Below are positions 15,002 to 33,049 of a DNA stretch of 64,000 nucleotides, in pieces; the stretch's first letter is position 1; each line of letters begins with the position of its first letter. The DNA lies in assembly GCF_009914755.1 (NCBI RefSeq), contig NC_060931.1; one strand, written 5' to 3'. The DNA comes from the human T2T-CHM13v2.0 reference genome, Homo sapiens. Below the pieces are notes generated by a model that did no database searches, had not been told where the DNA came from, and saw only the letters and a program-made list of their open reading frames with translations. The position numbers and the translations under genes were made by a program.

Positions 15002-15301
15002 TTTTTTTTTTTTTTTTTTTTTTGAGATGGAGTTTCGCTCTTGTCACCCAGGCTGGAGTGCAATGGCACGATCTCACTGCAACCTTCGCCTCCCAGGTTC
15101 AAGTGATTCTCCTGCCTCAGCCTCCCAAGTAGCTGGGATTACAGGCACCTGCCGCCATGCCTGGCTAATTTTTGTATTTTTAGTAGAGACGGGGTTTTGC
15201 CATGTTGGTCAGGCTGGTCTGAAACTCCTGACCTCAGGTGATCTGCACACCTCGGCCTCCCAAAGTGCTGGGATTACAGGCGTGAGCCACAGTACCCAGC
15301 C
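15002..15301 (-). mobile_element. AluSx-like
   Basis: 19-bp TSD CAATTTGGCCAGATTTTCT. Confidence 0.95.
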
Positions 15302-15466
15302 AATTTGGCCAGATTTTCTATCTGCATTTGACATTTAGGCACAGGGAGCCAGATGATAGCAGAGTAAAGTTGTAGCTGGAATAGAAACAAATTTAAAAAG
15401 ACGAAGATCTGCAGCTGGGAGAAGCACACCTAGCTGTGGGCTGGAGCCTGCACCTGCTACGCGTGA

Positions 15467-15869
<403 letters not shown>

Positions 15870-16152
15870 GCAGGAGTTTTTAACCCCACAGGCACTCATA
15901 AAGACGGGTGCCTGTTCTCTTGGCCAGCCGGTTGTTGCACATTGACCAACATTGCACCGATAACCCTCCCTCTAGAATTTGGGCCAGTTTCCTCTCCTGC
16001 TTGGGGATTGCAAACACAAACACCATCCTTAAGTCCCAGAGAGACTGATTTTCAGAGACTAGACTTAAAAGAAGCAAGAAACTCAATTCAAACTTCAAAC
16101 ATTTAAAAAAAACATCATGTTTTCACTAACCTGATGCTTTTTAAAAGGATGA

Positions 16153-17106
<954 letters not shown>

Positions 17107-17485
17107 TGGAGCAGCTGGCTCTTTACGGCATCTGGGAATTGGAGCCGAGGGGAGGTGGGGTTGTGGCTCTGAAGCCCAGCCATGAACATCCAGGATTCTC
17201 TCTTTCCTTCTTATAGCTGATGCGACGAAGTGAGACAAGCCCCAGGTGCCTTTCCCGGCCCTGCACTTTATTGGCACAGGCTACAAGGCCCAGAGCACAG
17301 ATGAATTTAGAACAGGTATTTAAAAATGTGAAGATTTTACTAGAGTTAGAAATGGTGAGCTGAGGCCTCGCTCACTGCCTGGTCCCGTGCACCTGTGGTC
17401 CAGGCCAGGCAGCATGCAGGCAGGTCTGTCTGTGTCACTGTGAATCCTGTGCACCTGTCCAGGGCTGAGGTTCCCAGGGGACTAG

Positions 17486-17826
<341 letters not shown>

Positions 17827-18472
17827 CTGCCTGGGCCCTTCCAACCCACTGTGTCTCTGCTCTTCTGTGCAAACAATCCCAGCACCAGGAAGGAGCCAGC
17901 CCTGCCCCCCGCTGCGGCCCTCTCCATGGGGAACCGTCAGGCCTCTCTGCCTACGCGGTCTCTGCAGATACCTGATGGGTGTGGAACGCCTCTGCCCATG
18001 GTTTAATAACTATTAAAACAGCTGTAAATGCTTCCCTGGGCAGTCTCGCTTGGCGGCCCCCAAGTACAGGGTGTTGCTTTTAGAAAGTAAATAAATCTAC
18101 ATACATTCAATCTCCAAAACACATCCTGTTCAACGAAGCTTCAAGAATAGGATAATTTTGCTTTGGAATACAGATGCACTTCACAGCATTTCCCCTGCAG
18201 CCCAGGACCGATGAGGATGTTGCAGCCTTCGGTGGTGTGGAAACGGGTGAGGGGTGAGGCGGCGGATAAGGACTTGGACAAATCTTTTTGCAGAGATGTA
18301 CGTTTCTGCCTCAGGAAGCTGGTGTAAGGATAAGAATGACTCAAAGGTAAGACTTTGTTCTTTTAAACAGATGGAAGCAGTTTCCTCAGTGAATTACTGG
18401 AACCTAGTTCTGTTCATTACCTGAATTGTCCTTTTTTTTCTGTTTGATAATAGCTTTTGGTTATTTTTTTTA

Positions 18473-19160
<688 letters not shown>

Positions 19161-19164
19161 ATAT

Positions 19165-19472
<308 letters not shown>

Positions 19473-19479
19473 TGGTTTA

Positions 19480-20343
<864 letters not shown>

Positions 20344-20812
20344 AGAGCCCAGGAGTTGGCTGGTCAGTGGGGAACGAGATTCCCAGATCTCCTTGATCTC
20401 CTTGCCTCTTCTGTGTTATTTTCTTAAGTTCCACGTCATTTCCAATGCAGGGTGTTGGGGGCCTACAGTCATCACCAGTCATGCCCTCCTTTGGTGTGGA
20501 TGCTGATGCCCTCAATAACCCCAGGGAAGCTCTTCTCCACCATATTGGGAAGTTGATCGCAGTGGGTTTCCTATGCCCTCTGATCATCCTCAGTGACAAT
20601 ACACACTCTCCTCATCCACGTGTGGTGTGGTGCGTCCAGCCTGGGCCTGTGGCTGTCTTCAAATCACAGTGGGTTCCCCGAGGGCCTTGTCTCATCATGA
20701 CTCCCCCAGAAGGAAAACCAGGAACTGCTTCTCAGGGCTTTGGTGAGCACTGAATGAGATCAGCCGTGGGAAAGACATTTGCAAGCCCAAAGCTTACAAA
20801 GAAAGAAATATC

Positions 20813-21125
<313 letters not shown>

Positions 21126-21409
21126 TACCGGAGGTGAACCACATCACCTGGAAAACTTCTCCACGCATCACAATGTCCTTTGTAGGAGTAGATTAAAATT
21201 AAGCAAACCCTTCATACTCGAGCCTAGTGTATGTCCCCATCCGGAGAGGATCTGCAAGAAGACAACAGAGATCCCCAGAGGGTGAGCCCCATCTGTGTTC
21301 TGCACTGTGATCCCAAGGCGCACTGGCCCAAGCCGAAGGAGTTCTGTCCTGCACCAGGAGAGCCCTGGAGGCTCTAAGCTCTGGTCCCTTTCAGGGCTGT
21401 GTCATCGTG

Positions 21410-21870
21410 GAAGTTTTTCATTGCAAGGTAACATTTGCAGAGTGAAATGCTCAGGTTGTCAGCGCACAGTTGCGTGAGCTTTAATAAACAAATCTACCAG
21501 CGCAAACCCTGCATCTGTCAAGATAAGGAATTTTCACCACCCCAGGAAGTTCCTTACACTCCTGCCGAGCCAGATTCCACCGCACCATAGGGAACCACTG
21601 TTCTGATTTCTGCCGCTAGAGATTAGTCGTGCTGGTGGTTGAACTTCATAAAATGGAATCATCCAGTATGTGATTTTTGTGCTGTTTTTTCCCTTTTGAT
21701 TGCTGAGCGGTGGTCCGTTGCAGAGATGTATTGCTTCTCCGTGCTCCGGTGACAGACACCTGCGTGGTCTCCCTTTGCAGCTAAAACCAATAATGCCACT
21801 ACGATCATTCTTGTGTAAGCCTTTTATGAGCATATGTCTTCATTTCTCTAGGGTAGACATTTACAGGTGG
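21410..21870 (-). mobile_element. L1ME-like 3' fragment
   Basis: AACCACTGTTCTGATTTCT..GAACTTCATAAAATGGAATCAT motifs. Confidence 0.8.
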
Positions 21871-21883
21871 AAGCATTATAGGA

Positions 21884-22800
<917 letters not shown>

Positions 22801-22849
22801 ACAGGTCAAGCACAGCAGGGTCCCTCCTGCATTTGCCTGGAGTGAGATA

Positions 22850-23170
22850 GTCGCAGCCGGTCAGGCCCCGCCTCTGGGCACAGCCTGTTCCCGTCGGAAC
22901 CGCCCGCAGTTGGATACGTGGCCCCCACCAGCCCCAAGTTGACCAACTCCATCTAGGTTCCTGGACTTGTCCTTCCTCCCGTTGGCTCTGCGGCCTGGAC
23001 GACGTTTTGTTATTATTATTTGTGCGTCTTCTCCAGCCCTGCCCTCGCCCCACGCCTTTCCCTCTCTCCACCTGCGGAAACGCCTCCATCCTGGAGGGCA
23101 CCTCGGACACCGGCTCTTGCATGCACGCTTGCTGACGTGCCCGGCGTGCCGCTGCTCCTCGTGCCTGCAC
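22850..23170. promoter_or_regulatory. Small orphan CpG-island-like segment
   Basis: About 25 CpG in ~320 GC-rich non-Alu bases (counted by eye), GC box GGCCCCGCCT 22864, CRE-like TGACGTG 23133. Confidence 0.55.
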
Positions 23171-23244
23171 CAGCACCCACAGATCCAGCCCTCCATGCTC
23201 CTCGCCATGTTACTGTGCCAGGCCTCACACAGGAGAGCGGATCC

Positions 23245-23590
23245 CCTCTCCGTTCTGGAGATCCAGGTGTCTGCAGGGCTGCGCCCCTCTGAAGGTGCAG
23301 GGAAGGAATCTGGCCCGGGTCCCTCTCCAGCTTCTGGTGGTCCCCCCCCCCCTTGTGGTAATTTCTCTCCCATCTTCCTTGAGCATGTTTCTGTCTCTTC
23401 TTCCCATGGCGTCTTTTCATAAGGACTCCAGTCCTATTGAGTTAGGGGCCCACCCTCCTCCATTTTAACCTTATTTTTACTAATTCCATCTTCAATGTCC
23501 CTATTTTCAAATAAGGTCACATTCTAAGGTCCTAGGGACTAAGACTTCAACTTCTGAATTTTGGAGGGTCGGACACAATTAAATCCATAA
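23245..23590 (-). mobile_element. MLT1 (B-D-like) LTR
   Basis: CTTCCAGCTTCTGGTGG-like segment, AAATAAGGTCACATTCTAAGG, GGACACAATT motifs. Confidence 0.8.
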
Positions 23591-23642
23591 AACCTTCAAC
23601 AGCACCTTATCCACTCTATGCCAGGCCATGCGGAGGAAGTGA

Positions 23643-23899
<257 letters not shown>

Positions 23900-23902
23900 G
23901 AC

Positions 23903-24206
<304 letters not shown>

Positions 24207-24329
24207 AGACTTTCTTAAATCACTTGGATTCATGTGGATGTCCCAAAACAAAGATGCCATTATGTTCTTATCTTTGTATTCACCTCCTCATCTGTAATTA
24301 GGCTCTGGAAAGGCAATAGGAAGTCTCCA

Positions 24330-25150
24330 AGCTCCTGTGTTCTTCTCCCCTCTGCTTCAGGCCTCTGCTCCGTGTTGCAGTGAGGTTTGCTCTCTTCTCT
24401 CTGAAGTCGCCTCTGCCAGGCTCCAGCAGAATTTCCCCACAGAGACTTGCAAAGAGACCCCGGTGAGACAGCTCTCTCTCTACTTTGAATCCAATTTATT
24501 TGATTCCGAAGTCCCCGTGGTCTTTGGGTTGTGTCTGCAAGAAGCCAGGCTACCTGGGAGATGCAGCGTTCAGGAGCAGTCCACAGGACCGCCCTCACTT
24601 TTGACGCCAATTGCGAGTTCAGAGGCCCTCGAGACCACCCTTAGGTTCGACGATTTGCTGGAAAGACTCGGAACTCGCTGGAAGCTGTGATAGTCCCAGC
24701 TATGGTTTATCACAGGGAAAAGACACCGATTAAAATCAGCATGCAGGGGCAGAGCCCACGAGGGTTCCACACACTGAGCGTCTGCTGTCCTCTCCTGTGG
24801 AGCTGCGGACAGCGTTACCCCTCTGACAATGTGCGATCATACGCACAAAACACGGTCAGCCAGGAAGGTTCCTCCACACCAGGGCTTCCCTGCGGCTCCA
24901 TCCCATAGGCAGGGCTGACTCCTCACATGGCTGAGCTCAGCCTGCAGCCCATCCAGAGGTCAAGCTGATATCCTGCAGCTCAAAGCCCCTGCCCTAACTC
25001 ACATGGTTAGAAGAGTTGGTGTGACCCGAGGCCCCCAGAAAAACAAAAACACTCCTGTTAGGACATTCCAGGGGCTTAGAGGTCACCCTCCTGAAATGGG
25101 GGTCCAGGGCCAGGCCTCTCTTTGGGCCAGGTGAAATTTTTTAGTGCCCA
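24330..25150 (-). mobile_element. MER21C/MER77-like ERVL LTR
   Basis: GAGACCACCCTTAGGTTCGACGATTTGCTGGAAAGACTC, GAGGTCAAGCTGATA, GGACATTCCAGGGGCTTAGAGG motifs. Confidence 0.7.
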
Positions 25151-25314
25151 GTGAGGGATTCATAGGTGTTTCCTCAAGGAATTCACCTGGAGGACGCCCG
25201 TTTCATACTCTGCGTTGCAAAGTAGACCTGCCACAACATGTGGTCTGGAACCTGCACACATCATGCCCCTAATCACAGGGCTTTGAAATAAATTTGGGGA
25301 GAACTTCAGAAACC

Positions 25315-25917
25315 TTTTTGTTTGTTTGTTTCAGACAGGGTCTGGCTCTGGGGCCCAGGCTGGAATGCTGTGGTGTAATCATAGCTCACTGAAGCCTTGA
25401 TTGCCTGGGCTCAAGGGATCCTGCCACCTCAGCCTTCCCAGTAGGTGGGACTACAGGCATGCACCACCACACCCGGCTAATTTTTTTTTTTTTTTTTTTG
25501 AGATGGAGTCTCGCCCTGTCACCCAGGCTGGAGTGCAAATGGCGCGATCTCGGCTCACTGAAACCTCCACCTCACAGGTTCAAATGATTCTCCTGCCTCA
25601 GCCTCCTGAGTAGCTGAGATTACAGGCACCCACCACCACGCCCAGCTAATTTTTGTATTTTTAGTAGAGATGGGGTTTCACCATGTTGGCCAGGCTAGTC
25701 TCAAACTCCTGACCTCGTGATCCACCCTCCTCAGCCTCCCAAAGTGCTGGGATTACAGGCGTAAGCCACTGTGCCCGGCCAATTTTTTGTATTATTTTGT
25801 AAAGACAGGGTCTCACTATGTTGCTCAGGCTGGTCTTGAACTCCTGGGCTCAAGCAATTAGCCTGCCTCAGCCTCTCAAAGTGCTGGGATTAAGGGCATG
25901 AACCACTGCACCTGGCC
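25315..25917 (-). mobile_element. AluJ with an AluS (25481-25780) nested in its central A-rich linker
   Basis: J right arm, complete S element, J left arm. Confidence 0.9.
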
Positions 25918-26669
25918 GAGAAATGGTTTTGATGGGGGCAGGGAGGAGGGAATTGAGACTTGCTTAAAACCCCAACTGCTTCTGCCTTTCCAAGTAAGAG
26001 GCCTTGTAGACTTAATTGAGAGTACAGGGAGGGGGCTTGTTTCCTGATTGACAGAGTGAGTGCTGGACATGTTGCAGTTCTGAACCACGTGCAGCTCTTT
26101 TAATCTTCCTCAGAGTCTTCTCTGCTTTTCTCTGTAGATCCCCTTAGAATTGGGAAACGGGAGCTTCATACTGCTCAGGAAATCACACTGAAACCGAGGC
26201 CCAGGGCAACAGTGGAAACTCAGGAGTGAAAAGCAAGAATCTAAGTCACGGGACGTTCCATTGCCCTCATGCTGTACCCTGGGAACTCACTTTGGGTAAT
26301 TACCAAGGAAAAATCAGAATCTTGGATCCCAGGAAGAAAGGTGCACCATGCTTGGTCCCTGGTTGGCCCCACCTCTCTTTACGACCACCTACGAAGAAAG
26401 CATGATCTGAAATTCCAAAGCTTTCTTCCTTTACTATCAGGCTTTCTGCCCCGCCCCCAGCAATGCAGAGACATGCAATGTGAAAACCCAATCAACCCGT
26501 CAGCAAGTCCTGGTTTTACACCCCTTCTTGTCGACCTGGTGGTTGGGGCCTTCTGCAGGCTGAGTGGCAGGTGGCTTGGGAAATGAAACCCTTAATAATC
26601 ACCCAAAGCTAATTCTCACCCACAATGACCAGAGTAATCTTTGCCCAACTGAGGTCCAGACACCGTGGC

Positions 26670-26778
26670 TGTGAGGGTTAATTTTAGGGAAGTTGACTGG
26701 ACTGAGGGATGCAGAGATGGCAGGTGACAGAAAGAATGTTTCTGGGGGTGTCTGTGAGGGTGTTTCTGTAACCGAGCC
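26670..26778 (+). mobile_element. MLT2 LTR 5' fragment
   Basis: TGTGAGGGTTAATTTTA..GACTGG..GTGTCTGTGAGGGTGTTTCTG. Confidence 0.7.
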
Positions 26779-27294
26779 TGATGTGGTTTTGATCTGTGTC
26801 CCCACCCAAATCTCATGTTGAACTGGAATCCCAAGTATTGGAGGTGGGGCCTGCTGGGAGGTGATTGGATCGTGGGGGTGGATTTCCCATAAGTGGTTTT
26901 GCACCAGGAATCCTCTGGGTGCCGTACTCCCAATAGTGAGGGAGTTCTCTTGAGATGTGGTCATTTAAAAGTGTGTGGCACCTCCTCCCTCCCTCTGCTT
27001 CTGCTCTGGCCATGTGATGATGTGCCTGCTCCCCCTTTACCTTCTGCCACAATTGGAAGCTTCCTGAGGCCTCCCCAGAAGTCAAGCAGGAGCCAGCACT
27101 ATTCTTCCTGTACAGCCTGCAAAACCATGAGCCAATTATACCCCTCTTCTTTGTAAATTACCCAGTCTCAGGCATTTCTTTTATTATTATTATACTTTAA
27201 GTTTTAGGGTACATGTGCACAACGTGCAGGTTAGTTACATATGTATACATGTGTCAGGCATTTCTTTATAGCAATGCAAGAACAGCCTAAAACA
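26779..27294 (+). mobile_element. MSTA/B solo LTR carrying a micro-L1
   Basis: TGATGTGGTTTTGATCTGTGTCCCCACCCAAATCTCATGTTGAA...GAACAGCCTAAAACA. Confidence 0.9.
27182..27253 (-). mobile_element. 72-bp young L1PA 3' end
   Basis: Perfect 14-bp TSD TCAGGCATTTCTTT at 27168-27181 and 27254-27267. Confidence 0.95.
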
Positions 27295-27379
27295 GGGCCC
27301 CTTGAGATTTCCATACCTAACATCTCTTGTCCGTACAGTGTCATTATAAACTGAGAATGTGCTGTTTCTTTGTCAAGGT

Positions 27380-27509
27380 TGCAAGTGATTCTCCCACCTC
27401 AGCCTGCCAAATAGCTGGGATTACAGGCGTGCACCATCATGCCCGGCTACATTTTTTTAGTATTATTATTTTTAGTAGAGACAGGGTTTCACCATATTGT
27501 CAAGGCTGG
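27380..27509 (-). mobile_element. Alu internal fragment
   Basis: CAAGTGATTCTCCCACCTCAGCC...GTAGAGACAGGGTTTCACC. Confidence 0.85.
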
Positions 27510-27697
27510 AGATAACTTTGGGGGTCACAAAAAAAAATTGAAGAAGGAATGACTGCCTTTAAGGATGTTGCAACCAGCTGCTGACACCCAGAACTCTGAT
27601 TGCTCCAGGTGTCATTATCTGAGACTAAAGAAACACAGAAGTTTCCCCTCAGTTCTCTGAAATCTCTCTCCGTTACTCCCTAGCTGCATAAAAACTC

Positions 27698-29469
27698 CTG
27701 GGCGCAGTGGCTCATGCCTGTAATCCCAGTGTGTCCGGAATTGGTGGGTTCTTGGTCTCACTGACTTCAAGAATGAAGCCACGGACCCTTGCGGTGAGTG
27801 TTACAGCTCTTAAGTTGGCGCGTCTGCGGTTTGCTCCTTCTGATGTTCGGTTGTGTTCAGAGTTTCTTCCTTCTGGTGGGTTCGTGGTCTCGCTGGTTCA
27901 GGAGTGAAGCTGCAGACTTTTGCGGTGAGTGTTACCGCTCTTAAGGCAGCGCGTTTGGAGTTGTTCGTTTTTCCCGGTGGGCTCGTGGTCTCGCTGGCTT
28001 CAGGAATGAAGCTGCAGACCTTCGTGGTGAGTGTTACAGCTCATAAAAGCAGTGTGGACCCAAAGAGTGAGCAATAGCAAGATTTATTGCAAAGAGAGAA
28101 AGAACAAAGCTTCCACAGCGTGGAAGGGGACCCGATTGGGTTGCCACTGCTGGCTCGGGCAGCCTGCTATTATTCTCTTATCTGGCCCCACCCACATCCT
28201 GCTGATTGGTAGAGTCCAGTGGTCTGTTTTGACAGGGCACTGATTGGTGTGTTTACAATCCTTGAGCTGGACACAAAGTTTCTCCAGGTCCCCACCAGAT
28301 TAGCTAGATACAGAGTGTGGACAGAAAGGTTCTCCAAGGCCCCACAGTAGCTAGTTACAGAGTGTCGATTGATGCATTCACAAACCCTGAGCTAGACACA
28401 GGGTGCTGATTGGTGTGTTTACAAACCTTGAGCTAGATACAGAGTGCTGATTGGTGTATTTACAATCCTTGAGCTAGGCATAAAGGTTCTTCAAGGCCCC
28501 ACCAGAGTAGCTAGATACAGAGTGTGGATTGGTGCATTCACAAACCCTGAGCTAGACACAGGGTGCTGATTGGTGTGTTTACAATCCTTGAGCTAGACAT
28601 AAAGGTTCTCCATGTCCCCACCAGACTCAGGAGCCCAGCTGGCTTCACCCAGTGGATCCCGCACAGGGGCTGCAGGTGGAGCTGCCTGCCAGTCCCGGTG
28701 CCCTGCTCCCGCACTCCTCAGCCCTTGGGTGGTCGATGGGACTGGGCGCTGTGGAGCAGGGGGCGGCGCTCGTCAGGGAGGCTCGGGCGGCACAGGAGCC
28801 CACGGAGAGGGTGGGAGGCTCAGGCATGGCGGGCTGCAGGTCCCGAGCCCTGCCCCGCAGGAAGGCAGCTAAGGCCCGGTGAGAAATCAAGGGCAGCGCC
28901 GGTGGGCTGGCACTGCTGGGGGACCCAATACACCCTCCGCAGCCACTGGCCCGGGTACTAAGTCCCTCACTGCCCGGGGCCCGCAGGGCCGGCCGGCTGC
29001 TCCGACTGCCGGGCCCACCAAGCCCACGCCCACCCGGAACTCCAGCTGGCCTGCAAGCGCCTCACGCAGCCCTGGTTCCTGCTCGCGCCTCTCTCCACAC
29101 CTCCCTGCAAGCTGAGGGAGTGGGCTCTGGCCTTGGCCAGCCCAGAAAGGGGCTCCCACAGTGCAGCGGTGGGCTGAAGGGCTCCTCAAGTGCCGCCAAA
29201 GTGGGAGCCCAGGCAGAGGAGGCGCTGAGAGCGAACGAGGGCTGTGAGGACTGCCACACGCTGTCACCTCTCACCAGCATTTGGGAGGCCGAGGCGGGCA
29301 GATCGCAAGGTCAGGAGTTAGAGACCAGTCTGGTCAACATGGTGAAACCCCGTCTCTACTAAAAACACAAAAATTAGCCAGTTGTCATGGCGGGTGCTTG
29401 TAATCCCAGCTACTCGGGAGGCTGAGGCAGTAGAATCACTTGAACCCGGGAGGCAGAGGTTGCAGAGCT
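27698..29469 (+). mobile_element. AluS split by LTR12C (27698-27729 and 29274-29469), 3' truncated
   Basis: ..GCCTGTAATCCCAG | LTR | CCAGCATTTGGGAGGCCGAGG. Confidence 0.92.
27730..29273 (-). mobile_element. LTR12C (HERV9) solo LTR, 1544 bp
   Basis: Ends TGTGTCCGGAATTGG and CTGTCACCTCTCA, 4-bp TSD CCAG, tandem ATTGG (NF-Y) repeats 28204-28573, CpG-rich U3 ~28650-29250. Confidence 0.95.
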
Positions 29470-29473
29470 CCAA

Positions 29474-29586
29474 GACGGTTTCACCATGTTAGGCCAGGCT
29501 GGTCTCTTAACTCCTGACCTCGTGATCTGCCCGCCTCGGCCTCCCAAAGTGCTGGGATTACAGGTGTGAGCCACCACGCCCCAGCC
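29474..29586 (-). mobile_element. Alu left monomer abutting the truncated sense Alu
   Basis: AGACGGTTTCACCATGTT...CCACCACGCCCCAGCC. Confidence 0.9.
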
Positions 29587-30395
29587 AGGAGTTAGGAAAT
29601 ATATGCAACTAAATGATAATATAAAAATTATAGATAAAAATTCTACAACATAGCTAAAGCTGTCCACAGAGGCAATTTTATAGCTTTAAATAATTTTATC
29701 AGAAGAATAAAGGTTAAAAACAGATGAGTTTTCCACACAAAAATTTACCAGGAAGTGTAGCAAGGAAATGTAGCAAGATAATTATTAACAATTAGTTGGC
29801 TAGAAATAAAGTTAAGTTTTTTTCTTGCATCATCATATATCAAAATAAATTCCAAGGTTTAAAAAAGTGAAATGTACAAACCAACCCATACAACCCGCCA
29901 TTGTCAGGGAGGATTACAGAAACATTACTATGGAATTTCAAATTCCAAATAGTAGAAATCTGTTCATCCATCGCCTGATTATCTATTCATCCATTGCCTG
30001 ATGAATAGATAAATAAATGTGGTATATCCATGCAATTCAATATTATTTGGCAAAAAAAAGGCATGAAGTGCTGATACATGCTGGAACATGGAAGAACCTT
30101 GAAAACATTATAAGTGAAAGAAGTTAGTCTCAATGGACCACATATTGTAGGATTCAATTTATATGAAATGCCAGAATAAGTAACTCTATAGAGACAGAAA
30201 GTAGATTACTAGTTTCCTTGGCCTGGAGTGGAGAGGGGAATTGGAAGGTGATGGCTAATGGGCGTGGGGTTTTTTTTTTCAGGTAATAAAAATTTTGTAG
30301 AATTGATTATGGTGACTGATGCACAGTTACGTGAATATACTAAAAACTATCGAATTGTACACTTTAAACAGGTGAATTGTGGGATATGTGAATTA

Positions 30396-30931
<536 letters not shown>

Positions 30932-31296
30932 TTTTGTATCTGAAAATAAAAGTACGAATCTAATGCTAATAACAAGTCTACTATTCTCTGCAGTTTAGGG
31001 GTGGGGAAACCCAAGCACAGAGAGGTGAAGGGACATGGAGCCCGCAGCCTGACTCCAGCCTCCGTTTCATCAGTTCTGCATCTGCAAGAGTGTCCCACCA
31101 CCTGCTACTCACTCAGGAAATGTAGTGGGAGAACTAACTAATTGGATAAAAAGAAAGTTACTTTCTCTCCTTGCATCATTGTGTATCAGAGTAATTTCCA
31201 GATGGTTTAAAAGGTGAAATGTACCAGCCAAGCCACACAGCTAGAAATAAATGTAGGGAATCTCAAGGTAGAAAGGACTTTTTAGGCATAAAATTA

Positions 31297-31770
<474 letters not shown>

Positions 31771-32626
31771 TTAAAAGTGGAACAACAAACTAGAAAGAAA
31801 TATGTATAAAAGATGATGGCTTTGAAAGCAAGCTCCAAGGCTAGAAAAATAAATATCTAGCCAACATATAAAATATTGTACTTCTTAATAGTGAAAAATA
31901 TAATAGTCAAAAATAACACAAAGTGAAGTAGTAATGAATCAAATTGTCAAGGCTGTAAAGAAAAGAAAGGCAGCACACGGTGTTAGTATAAGTACTATGA
32001 AATGACATTCCCATTCATTTCCATAGAAGAGAGAATCCCAGGAGATTGCAGAAGCACCATTTGGAAAGACGCATCCAAAGTTTGCAGAAAGCTCCTACTT
32101 TTGACTAAGGAATCCTGTTCTGCAATTCATCTTCAAATAGCCATTAAATAAACACACAAAGATTTATATGCAGATATTAATTTATAACAGCCAGAAATGA
32201 GAAAGCTCCTAAATATGTAAGAATAAGTAAACAGTTAAACAAGCTAATAAATTTATATAATGAATTATATATACCAATTAAAAAGCTACTGATTGGCATC
32301 AGGAAGTGCAAGAAAGAAAACATTAGGGAATAAAAGCAGGATACAAAAAAGAAAGTACAGTGGGTCCTCATTCTGAAATAGCTAAATAGCTAGACATCTG
32401 CCCATGAAGACAGTGAAAACAACAGTGCTTGACATCTACCAAGCACTCTGTAATATCATGGAATGTCTGAAAGATGAGAATGAAAGACAAACACCAACAT
32501 ATGAACACTGGCTTTTGGGAGGCATGATCTGGGATATATGTTTTGTCTATAATTTTGTGTATTTCTTAACTTTTCTACAGTCAACGAATTATCTTTATTA
32601 TCAGAAAAAAACATAATTACATTTTA

Positions 32627-33049
<423 letters not shown>

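Noticed and set aside
28200-28620. Regularly spaced repeats that look like an array
   Set aside because: Normal LTR12 U3 enhancer repeats.
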